From Vicinamibacterales bacterium (GTDB lineage: Bacteria > Acidobacteriota > Vicinamibacteria > Vicinamibacterales > 2-12-FULL-66-21), in assembly GCA_036257535.1 (NCBI GenBank), contig DATAFJ010000137.1, forward strand, positions 3,540 through 67,539: DNA of 64,000 nt, read 5' to 3'. The notes below the pieces were generated by a model. It was not told the DNA's origin. It ran no database searches and saw nothing but the letters and a program-made list of their open reading frames with translations. The translations under genes and the position numbers were made by a program. Below, in pieces: positions 40,668 to 49,228 of this stretch (the first letter of the stretch is position 1; the number at the start of each line of letters is the position of its first letter).

Positions 40668-41348
40668 ATGGTAGCGCAGTCGCTCGTTCTCTGCTCGGGC
40701 GGCCTCGACAGCGCTGTGCTCGTGGCGATTGAAGCTCGGACGTCGATCGTCCAGCCCGCCTACGTGAGCACGGGGCTGGCGTGGGAGGCGGCCGAACGGC
40801 GCGTGCTCGCGCGGCTGCTTGAAGCCAGCGACTTCGGCCCCGGCGTCCTGCCGCCGGTCGTGCTCTCGTTCGACATGCGCGACATCTATCCACCCACCCA
40901 CTGGGCGATCCGCGGCACGCCACCGGCGTACGACACGCCGGACGAGCACGTGTACCTCGACGGGCGCAACATCGTCCTGCTGTCGAAGGCAGCCGTCTTC
41001 GCCGCGCGTGCACGAATCGCCCGCATCGCGCTCGGTCCTCTGGCGGGCAATCCTTTCCCCGACGCGACGCCCCGTTTCTTTCAGGCGATGCGCGAGGCGC
41101 TCTCGATCGGCCTCGACCATCCGATCGACATCGCAACTCCACTGGCGGCAATGCCCAAGGCGGACGTGATCAGGCGCGGGCTGGAGCTCGATGTTCCGCT
41201 GGCGCTCACGCTGTCGTGCATGAACCCGGGGGAGGGGGATCGCCACTGCGGGCGATGCAGCAAGTGCCGCGAGCGGCACGAAGCGTTCGTCGAGACTGGT
41301 GTTCCCGATCCGACCGACTACGCGGCTAGACCCCCGACCTCAGACTGA
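40668..41348 (+). CDS. queC: 7-cyano-7-deazaguanine synthase QueC
   Basis: The ATG follows GAGGAA. PP-loop LCSGGLDSAV and a C-terminal zinc motif C...CGRCSKCRER. The start lies only 7 bp from the divergent queD start. Confidence 0.85.
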   Translation: MVAQSLVLCSGGLDSAVLVAIEARTSIVQPAYVSTGLAWEAAERRVLARLLEASDFGPGVLPPVVLSFDMRDIYPPTHWAIRGTPPAYDTPDEHVYLDGRNIVLLSKAAVFAARARIARIALGPLAGNPFPDATPRFFQAMREALSIGLDHPIDIATPLAAMPKADVIRRGLELDVPLALTLSCMNPGEGDRHCGRCSKCRERHEAFVETGVPDPTDYAARPPTSD

Positions 41349-42216
41349 TCGAGCCGTCGCCGCTTCGAACCTTGAGCGTGTGGCCACCACTCCCGATGCG
41401 GCCCCGCAGGGATCGATCCTCGCGCTCGCGATGTTCGTCGTTGAGATTGAACTCGGATCGAACGCGCCCGTCGCCCGTGTGCGCGTCGAGATCGGCGCTG
41501 AACTCGTCCGGGAGATAGACCAAAATCGATCCGTCGTTGGTCGAGAGCGACCAGTCGCTCGCCATCCGGCTGCCCGCTTCGGCCCTGAGCGTCAACGAGC
41601 CGTCGCCCGTCTGCACTCTCGCGCGCGCGAGCTTTCCAGTGACGCTCACGCCGCCGTCGTTCGTGGTCACTTCCACGGATCCGTCTACGTCGTCGAGCAC
41701 GATCGAGCCGTCGCCGCTGTTGAGCGTCAACTCGCCGGAGATCTCGTCGCCGCGGATGCTGCCGTCGCCGGTGCGCAGCTCGATCCGGCCGTTGACGCGC
41801 GCGATTCGAATCGATCCGTCGCCGCTGCGCGCCACGATCGCGCAGTTGCGCGGAACGGTGGCAATGAAGCGAACTTCTCTCGAGACGTTGAGGCCGATGC
41901 CGATGAACCGGTCGCCGCCGATGGGCCGGCGCGCCTCGAGCTCGATCCGGTTCTCCTCCTGGCTGACGGCAACCTCGAGCTGGTCGATCGCCTCCTTCGT
42001 CGGGCCCCGCTTTTCGATCTCGACGAGCACTTCGGGCTGATCCCACGAGCGAATCTCGATGGCGCCGTCGAACGTCGTGAGGCGCAGATCTGGTTCGCCG
42101 CTGACAGTGAACCGGCGCTCTTCGCGGACGGTTTGACCCTGGGAGTCGACGTTGACCACGCACGCGACGGAGAGCACTGCGGCCGCGACAGAAAGAGAGC
42201 GGAGGGCAACGTGCAT
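41326..42216 (-). CDS. DUF4097-like repeat (putative adhesin/beta-helix) protein
   Basis: Signal-like N-terminus and many GDGSI/NDGSI/GDGRV repeats about 20-25 aa apart. Confidence 0.65.
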   Translation of the reverse strand: MHVALRSLSVAAAVLSVACVVNVDSQGQTVREERRFTVSGEPDLRLTTFDGAIEIRSWDQPEVLVEIEKRGPTKEAIDQLEVAVSQEENRIELEARRPIGGDRFIGIGLNVSREVRFIATVPRNCAIVARSGDGSIRIARVNGRIELRTGDGSIRGDEISGELTLNSGDGSIVLDDVDGSVEVTTNDGGVSVTGKLARARVQTGDGSLTLRAEAGSRMASDWSLSTNDGSILVYLPDEFSADLDAHTGDGRVRSEFNLNDEHREREDRSLRGRIGSGGHTLKVRSGDGSISLRSGV

Positions 42217-42233
42217 GAGTGTTCCTCAGTTAT

Positions 42234-43502
42234 CTAGACGGGTTCCCGGGTCCAAGGTTCCACGGTGCCGGTGATTTCCTTGCTTCGCCCGTCGTAGACG
42301 AGGACGCCGCCGATCCAGGTTTGAGCGACCTTATACGTGCGATCGAGGACGGTCAGGTCCGCAATCGCGCCTGGCGCGATGACGCCGTGACCGTGCAGAC
42401 CGAGCTCCCGTGCAGGGGTCGTCCCGCACAGGATCGCCGCATCGACCGGCGACAGTCCAACACGGCCCACCAACCGCTCGAACGCGCGGTCCATCGTGAG
42501 CACGCTCCCGGCGATCGTTCCATCGTCCAGGTACGCCGTTTCGCGGACGGTGATCCGACGCCCACCGATCGAGGCGTGAGAGCCGGTCGGCAGGCCGGCG
42601 CCGGCCGTGGCGTCCGTGATCGCCATCACTCGCGGCGCCCCTTTCGCGGCGATCGCAAACCGCATTACCGCCGGATGCACGTGAACGCCGTCGCAGATCA
42701 GTTCGGCGGCGATCTCGTCGGCGTCCAGCGCCGCGCCGGCAAGGCCCGGCGCACGATGCGACATCGGCGGCATGCGATTGAAGAGATGCGTCGCGTGGCG
42801 GGCGCCGGCGTCGATGCCGGCGCGCGCTTCGTCGAACGTCGCGCCCGAATGCCCGAGCGAGACGCGATGGCCGGCGGCGACGAGCCGTCGAATCAGATCG
42901 AGCCCGCCATCGAGCTCGGGGGCGAGCGTCACGATGCCGACGTCAGGCCTGGCGCTATCGATCTCCGCAAGAATGTCCGCAGCTGAAAACTCCGACGGGT
43001 TCGAGGAGGTTCGAGTGGGTTCGACCGGGTTCGATTCGGTTCGGGGTCGTGGAGGTCGACGGAGACACTCGACGGGCTGCGCGCCCGCGTACTCCGGGTT
43101 GATGAAATTGCTTTCGAGATGCGCCGGAAGGACGCGAGCCGAGCTTGGCGACGGCGACGTGCGGGCGTCCCGTACGCCGGCCAGCATTCGACCGAGCACA
43201 TCGGGACCGCACGCGAGGCTCGTCGGGCAGAAACCGGCGACGCCGTATCGGGGAAGCCGCGCGGCGATGCGCCGGACGGCGTCGTGCGAATCGAGCGTGT
43301 CGACGCCGTCCACCCCATGGACGTGGACGTCGATGAACCCTGGAACGATCAGATGGTTGTGGAGATCGTGACGCTCGGCACGCGCGTCGCTCGGCCGCTG
43401 ACGATCGACGATCTCCGAGATCTTGCCGGCATCGACGACGAGTGTGCCGCCGGTGATGATGCGATCGGGCAGCACGATGTCGGCGCCGGACAGAAAGATC
43501 AT
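42234..43502 (-). CDS. nagA: N-acetylglucosamine-6-phosphate deacetylase NagA with a repeat-encoded insertion
   Basis: MIFLSGADIVLPD..., PGFIDVHVHG, HLE.NFI and GHS.A....A...G....THLFN.M are amidohydrolase/NagA motifs. The insertion RPRTESNPVEPTRTSSNPSEF lies after the HLE block. Confidence 0.85.
   Translation of the reverse strand: MIFLSGADIVLPDRIITGGTLVVDAGKISEIVDRQRPSDARAERHDLHNHLIVPGFIDVHVHGVDGVDTLDSHDAVRRIAARLPRYGVAGFCPTSLACGPDVLGRMLAGVRDARTSPSPSSARVLPAHLESNFINPEYAGAQPVECLRRPPRPRTESNPVEPTRTSSNPSEFSAADILAEIDSARPDVGIVTLAPELDGGLDLIRRLVAAGHRVSLGHSGATFDEARAGIDAGARHATHLFNRMPPMSHRAPGLAGAALDADEIAAELICDGVHVHPAVMRFAIAAKGAPRVMAITDATAGAGLPTGSHASIGGRRITVRETAYLDDGTIAGSVLTMDRAFERLVGRVGLSPVDAAILCGTTPARELGLHGHGVIAPGAIADLTVLDRTYKVAQTWIGGVLVYDGRSKEITGTVEPWTREPV
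42997..43047. repeat. Five tandem 10-11-nt units (GGTTCGAnnn) inside nagA
   Basis: gggttcgagga ggttcgagtg ggttcgaccg ggttcgattc ggttcggggt, read directly. The sense strand carries TCGAACCnnn. Confidence 0.85.
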
Positions 43503-43512
43503 GCGGTGTCGA

Positions 43513-43932
43513 TCACTCGAACTGGGTGTCCAGGTGCCACTGAAGCTTCCGGCCCGACAGGGGCGTGGCCGCATCCGCCGCCGGGCGGAACACCTCGCGA
43601 TCGGTCCGGGCGACGAGCATCATCAGCGCGCGCTCGTCGGGCGCCTGGAAAACGATCACGCCGCCGCTTTCCTCCGGCGGGAACCGGCGATCGTCGAAGT
43701 AGTCGCGGTCGAGCGTGACGATCGTGCGGCGCAGCTCGCGGGCCAGCCGATAGTGCTGGCCGTCGGGGGCGCGGCGCAGATCGTCATGCTCGATGACGAA
43801 CAGCACGTCCCAGCCGAGCGACTGCCGCATGTAGGCCACCACGCCGGCAGGGATGTTCGCGTCGGCGTAGATGCGAGGCGCCGACGGCTGTTCGTCGACG
43901 ATGAGGCCGAGCTCGGAAGCTAAGGTTCCCAT
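43513..43932 (-). CDS. DUF5615-like (PIN-like, Mut7-C-related) protein
   Basis: The pattern IYADANIP..VV..MR..GWDV..V.......D...Y.LA.E..R.IVTLD.DY.D is typical of DUF5615 toxin-like proteins. No DUF433-type partner is adjacent. Confidence 0.6.
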   Translation of the reverse strand: MGTLASELGLIVDEQPSAPRIYADANIPAGVVAYMRQSLGWDVLFVIEHDDLRRAPDGQHYRLARELRRTIVTLDRDYFDDRRFPPEESGGVIVFQAPDERALMMLVARTDREVFRPAADAATPLSGRKLQWHLDTQFE

Positions 43933-43935
43933 TTC

Positions 43936-43991
43936 TTCAGAATTCAGAATACAGAATCCAGAATAGAGAATTCAGCTATCAGCATCAGCAG
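43936..43991. repeat. Tandem heptanucleotide array R6, AT-rich (minus-sense CTGAATT CTCTATT CTGGATT CTGTATT CTGAATT)
   Basis: Read directly. It fills the spacer between the deoxyhypusine-synthase-like stop and the DUF5615 ATG. On the minus strand it ends ...CTGAATTCTGAAGAA-ATG. Confidence 0.9.
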
Positions 43992-43995
43992 TGCG

Positions 43996-45213
43996 CTAGC
44001 GGTGTCTCTCGAGGTCCGGCATGAGCGCGGGATCGTCGGACGGCTTGCGTTCCGTCTTCGCCGCGGCGCCTTGTCGCTTCAATTCGGCGACGAGCGCGTC
44101 GCGCTGGTGGTAGAGCTCCTTCCTCTCGCGCCGGCCGCGATCGGAGCCGATTGCGTACTCGCAGAAGAGTGGAAACGCGATCGTCGAGTCGCAATAGGCG
44201 ACGACCGTGTCGGGAAGCACGCCTGGGTTCACTTTCCCCCAGCTCACCGCTTCGGAAGGCGTCGCGCCCGACAGCCCGCCCCAGACGACCTGGTCGGTCG
44301 TGATCTGGATGAAGAACTCGTTCCCGCCTTTGGGGATGCCGTACACCTCCCAGAGCGTCGGCTGCCCCTGCAGGTAGAAGTTCTTGGGCGAGCCTCCGCC
44401 GAGGATCACACAGCCGTTCTTCTTGCCCGCGAGGATGATCGCGCAGATCTCGTTGACGTCGCGGTTTGGATCGATCATCAGCGTCCCGGCGTTCATCAGC
44501 TCGTGCCAGGCGATGTTCATGCCGATCGAGCTGTCGCCCGGCGACGAGGTGTAGATGGGAACGCCGAGGGCCGCGGCGCGCGCCACGACCGAGTACTCTT
44601 CGCAGCCGGGGTACCGCGCTGAAAGATCGCGTCCGAGCCGATAGTGGAACTCGGCGGTGCTCATCGCGCCTTCGAGACGCTCGCGTACGAGGAAATCACG
44701 AATGTACTCGTCTGTCTCGAGCAGCACGGTCGCCGGAAAGAGGACGTCGTAGATCCGGATGACGCCTGCCTCGTACAACTCGACGTCGTCGAGAAACGGC
44801 GAGCCACGGCGCAAGGTGAAGTTCAAGGCGTAGTGCAAATCGTGGTACAGATTCGCGCCCGTGCTGATGATGAAGTCGACGAGTCCGCGCTCCATCACCT
44901 CGATCACGCAGCCGCCGAGGCCCGCCGGCGTCATCGCGCCGGCGATCGTCAACCCGATGGTCGTGGCGTTGTCCGGATCCAGCATCTTGTCGGTGAAGAT
45001 GCGGCACGCCTCGCCGAGGCGGCCGGCGTTGAAGGCCTGGAACCCGTTCTCGATGAGATCCCGGACGTCCTTGCTGCCACGCGGACGGTAATAGCTGATG
45101 GGACGACCCTTCAGGTAGTCGCCGGCGGAGTGACCGGGCGCGCCCGGAGCGCGGTGCGGCACGGGACGATTCTCCTCTCGTGGCCTAGGATACACGCAGT
45201 TGCACGGATCCAC
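43996..45213 (-). CDS. Deoxyhypusine synthase-like protein
   Basis: GFQA..LG.A..I...M......T..L...GAM..AG.........ME.G.VD.I.STGAN..HD.. and SS.GDSSIG are DHS family blocks. Confidence 0.8.
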   Translation of the reverse strand: MDPCNCVYPRPREENRPVPHRAPGAPGHSAGDYLKGRPISYYRPRGSKDVRDLIENGFQAFNAGRLGEACRIFTDKMLDPDNATTIGLTIAGAMTPAGLGGCVIEVMERGLVDFIISTGANLYHDLHYALNFTLRRGSPFLDDVELYEAGVIRIYDVLFPATVLLETDEYIRDFLVRERLEGAMSTAEFHYRLGRDLSARYPGCEEYSVVARAAALGVPIYTSSPGDSSIGMNIAWHELMNAGTLMIDPNRDVNEICAIILAGKKNGCVILGGGSPKNFYLQGQPTLWEVYGIPKGGNEFFIQITTDQVVWGGLSGATPSEAVSWGKVNPGVLPDTVVAYCDSTIAFPLFCEYAIGSDRGRRERKELYHQRDALVAELKRQGAAAKTERKPSDDPALMPDLERHR

Positions 45214-45296
45214 CTGTAAACGCTTGACAGGCGGCGAGGCGGTCGGCGACTCTGGATCCTTCCCCAGTTCGGCTCCCCGCCGAGAGATGCGATTCC

Positions 45297-45714
45297 ATGC
45301 AGGATTGGTCGTCAGCCGCGTCGATCGCCGCGCTCCTCGTCGCGGTGGTCGTGATCGTCGCCGTGCTGATCGTCTGGTGGAAGGGACGGGTTGCCGTGTT
45401 GCCCGACGCGCGCGTCTTTCGCGCGAGCCGCTTGAGCCGCGGGAATCGCCTCTTCCCGACGCAGGTGATCATCTCTCCCGCGAGCGTGCTGCACTATACG
45501 CCTCAATGGATCGGCAAGCTGGAGCACTCGATCCACATGGCACACGTCGCGTCGGTCCGAATCGACACCAATCTCCTGTTCTCGGATGTCTTCATCGAGA
45601 CCACCGGCGGCGCGAGCCCGATCCGCTGCCGGGGTCACCACAAGAAGGATGCGGTCGAGATGAAAGGCCTGATCGAGCGGTATCAGACGGAGTATTATCG
45701 GGGCCAGCCAACCC

Positions 45715-45722
<8 letters not shown>
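45297..45722 (+). CDS. Single-pass membrane protein with bacterial PH (DUF304/bPH_2)-like domain
   Basis: One transmembrane helix (AASIAALLVAVVVIVAVLIVWW), then FPTQVIISPASVLHYTP..IGKLEHSIHMAHVASVRIDTNLLFSDVFIETTGG. Its 3' end overlaps the activator gene by 8 nt. Confidence 0.5.
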
Positions 45723-47058
<1,336 letters not shown>

Positions 47059-47299
47059 CGCGCTCGAGACCTTAAATCGCTGATTACAAGTTAGTTATTG
47101 CGTGTGCCGTTTTTGAACAGACTTGTCGGTCGCTCAGCCGTTTAGAATCAACGATTTACGGGGACAAGCGTCGCAGGACTGTCGCGTACTGGAACACGCA
47201 CCGGGCCATGCGTCATTCCGGCCACTCCACAAGCCGAACGCGTGGGCAGCAACTGTAAGTAGGACAACTAGTTAGGAGATCAACCCGTCGGAGCCGCCG

Positions 47300-47317
47300 C
47301 GGGCAGATCGTTTGCAT
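47300..47317 (+). promoter_or_regulatory. Sigma-54 (-24/-12) promoter candidate: cGGGCAGatcgtTTGCAt
   Basis: GG at 47302-3 and GC at 47314-15 have the canonical 12-nt register and match GGCA-N7-TTGCA of the TGGCAC-N5-TTGCW consensus. It lies about 39 nt upstream of the protease ATG and downstream of the activator gene. Confidence 0.6.
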
Positions 47318-47353
47318 TTCGCCGCGCGTTTCGACTGCGAAATCCTGCGAAAA

Positions 47354-49171
47354 ATGCTCTCAAAACATCTCGCAGCCCTCCTCGTGAGTGTCCTCTGCGC
47401 CGCGCCGGCGTTTGCTGGCGCCGCCGGAGACCTCAAGCTCGACGAACCGCTGCGGGTGCGTGCCCGATCGCCGCGCGGGACCGTTCGCGTGATCGTTCAG
47501 ACTGCCGGCGGCGCCGCCGTCGAGCGGAGCGCACGGTTGGTCAGCCGCCTCGGCGGCCGGCCAGGCCGGCGTCTGTCGGCGCTTCGCGCCGTGAGCGCCG
47601 AGGTTCCGGAGTCGGCGCTCGCCGCGCTCGCCGCTGACGGCCAGGTCCGTAAGGTGAGTCTCGATCGCGAGGTCTGGCCGACGATGGATCGGACGGGAGC
47701 GACGATTGGCGCGCCTGCCGTCCGCGAAGCGCTTGGCGTCGACGGCACCGGCGTCGGGGTAGCAATCGTCGACTCCGGCGTCACCGGGTGGCACGACGAT
47801 CTCGGCTTCGGTCCCCTAGCGTGGTTCCAGGATTGGACCGGTACCGGACAGCGCATCACCCACTTTGCCGACTTCGTCGGCGGCTATCCCGACCCCTACG
47901 ACGATTACGGTCACGGAACACACGTCGCGGGCGTCATCGCCGGCAACGGCGAGTCGTCCGGCGGCGCGCGCGCCGGCGTTGCGCCCGGAGCCAGCCTCAT
48001 CGCGCTGAAGGTCCTCGACCGCAACGGCCGCGGCTATATCAGCGACGTGATTGCCGCAATCGATTACGCGGTCGCCTACCGCGACTACTTCAACATCCGG
48101 GTGCTGAATCTCTCGGTTGCGGCAGGCGTCTACGAGTCGTACGACACGGATCCGCTTACGCTCGCGGCAAAGCGCGCAGTCGAGAAAGGCATCGTCGTCG
48201 TCACCGCCGCCGGGAACTTCGGGGAAAACGCCGAGCGGCAGACGCAGTACGGCGGCGTCACGTCGCCCGGCAACGCACCCTGGGTGCTGACCGTCGGCGC
48301 GTCGAGCCACATGGGTACGGCGCCGCGCGCCGACGACACGGTAGCCGGGTTCAGCTCGCGCGGTCCGGGCCGGTTCGACTACGCCGCGAAGCCCGACATC
48401 GTCGCTCCGGGCGTCGGCCTGGTCTCGTTGAGCGAGCCGCGCAGCACGCTGTACCGCACGCGTCCCCAGAATCGCGTCTGGGGACTTCTCCAGGGTGGAC
48501 AGGCTCCCTATCTGAGCCTCTCCGGAACGAGCATGGCGGCGCCCGTCGTCGCCGGCACGGTCGCCTTGATGCTGCAGGCGAACCCCACGCTCACACCGAA
48601 TGCGGTCAAGGCGATTCTCCAGTACACGGCGGAAACGCGATCGAGCTACGACCACCTGACGCAGGGCGCGGGCTTCCTGAGTACGCGCGGCGCGGTGGAG
48701 CTGGCCTCGGCGATGGCCGGCTGGACGCCGGAGCCGATCGACTCGTCAGCCTGGAACAAACACATCATCTGGGGCTCGCACCGCGTCGGCGGTGGAGCGC
48801 TGGACGCCGGCGCGAATGCCTGGGCAACCAACATCGTCTGGGGCACGGTCGCGACACCCGATGGCGAAAACATCGTCTGGGGGACGCTGTGCCAATCGGC
48901 CGACTGTGCCGATACCGTCTGGGGCACGGCCAGCGGCGAGAACATCGTCTGGGGAACGGTGGGTGACGGCGAGAACATCGTCTGGGGCACCGCCGGCGAG
49001 CACGAGAACATCGTCTGGGGCACCGCATGCGGCGGCAACGACTGCGAGAACATTGTGTGGGGCACGGTCGACGGCGAGAACATCGTGTGGGGCACGGTCG
49101 GAGGCGAAAACATCGTCTGGGGCACGGCGCATCCCGGCAACGTCGTGTGGGGGACCCGGGCGCGGAGGTAG
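47354..49171 (+). CDS. Secreted S8 (subtilisin-family) serine peptidase with C-terminal NIVWGT repeat domain
   Basis: ATG 47354 gives the signal peptide MLSKHLAALLVSVLCAAPAFAGAA. Catalytic triad blocks VAIVDSGV, HGTHVAGVIAG and SGTSMAAPVVAG. The tracked TTG 47312 lies inside the sigma-54 promoter. Confidence 0.85.
   Translation: MLSKHLAALLVSVLCAAPAFAGAAGDLKLDEPLRVRARSPRGTVRVIVQTAGGAAVERSARLVSRLGGRPGRRLSALRAVSAEVPESALAALAADGQVRKVSLDREVWPTMDRTGATIGAPAVREALGVDGTGVGVAIVDSGVTGWHDDLGFGPLAWFQDWTGTGQRITHFADFVGGYPDPYDDYGHGTHVAGVIAGNGESSGGARAGVAPGASLIALKVLDRNGRGYISDVIAAIDYAVAYRDYFNIRVLNLSVAAGVYESYDTDPLTLAAKRAVEKGIVVVTAAGNFGENAERQTQYGGVTSPGNAPWVLTVGASSHMGTAPRADDTVAGFSSRGPGRFDYAAKPDIVAPGVGLVSLSEPRSTLYRTRPQNRVWGLLQGGQAPYLSLSGTSMAAPVVAGTVALMLQANPTLTPNAVKAILQYTAETRSSYDHLTQGAGFLSTRGAVELASAMAGWTPEPIDSSAWNKHIIWGSHRVGGGALDAGANAWATNIVWGTVATPDGENIVWGTLCQSADCADTVWGTASGENIVWGTVGDGENIVWGTAGEHENIVWGTACGGNDCENIVWGTVDGENIVWGTVGGENIVWGTAHPGNVVWGTRARR
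48829..49157. repeat. About 11 degenerate coding repeats (gagaacatcgtctggggcac; peptide (E)NIVWGT) at the protease C-terminus
   Basis: Read directly in DNA and in translation, with spacers of 1-9 residues. Confidence 0.85.
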
Positions 49172-49228
49172 GTGAGATGGCAACGCGCATTCGACGAAAG
49201 GCAGTCTGGGGCAACTAGCCTTCTCTTC

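Noticed and set aside
42997-43047. GGTTCGA repeats as tRNA T-arm remnants or a tRNA gene
   Set aside because: No acceptor, D or anticodon arms can be drawn. The segment is in frame inside nagA.
45225-45296. TTGACA hexamer upstream of the PH-like gene as a sigma-70 promoter
   Set aside because: No acceptable -10 hexamer occurs at 16-18 nt spacing.
47190-47260. Additional GG-containing motifs (TGGAACACGCACC, TGGGCAGCAACTG) as sigma-54 promoters
   Set aside because: No GC dinucleotide lies at the required 12-nt register downstream of the GG.
47312-47353. TTG 47312 as the start of the S8 protease
   Set aside because: The TTG is part of the -12 TTGCA element of the sigma-54 promoter candidate. 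ATG 47354 yields a clean signal peptide.
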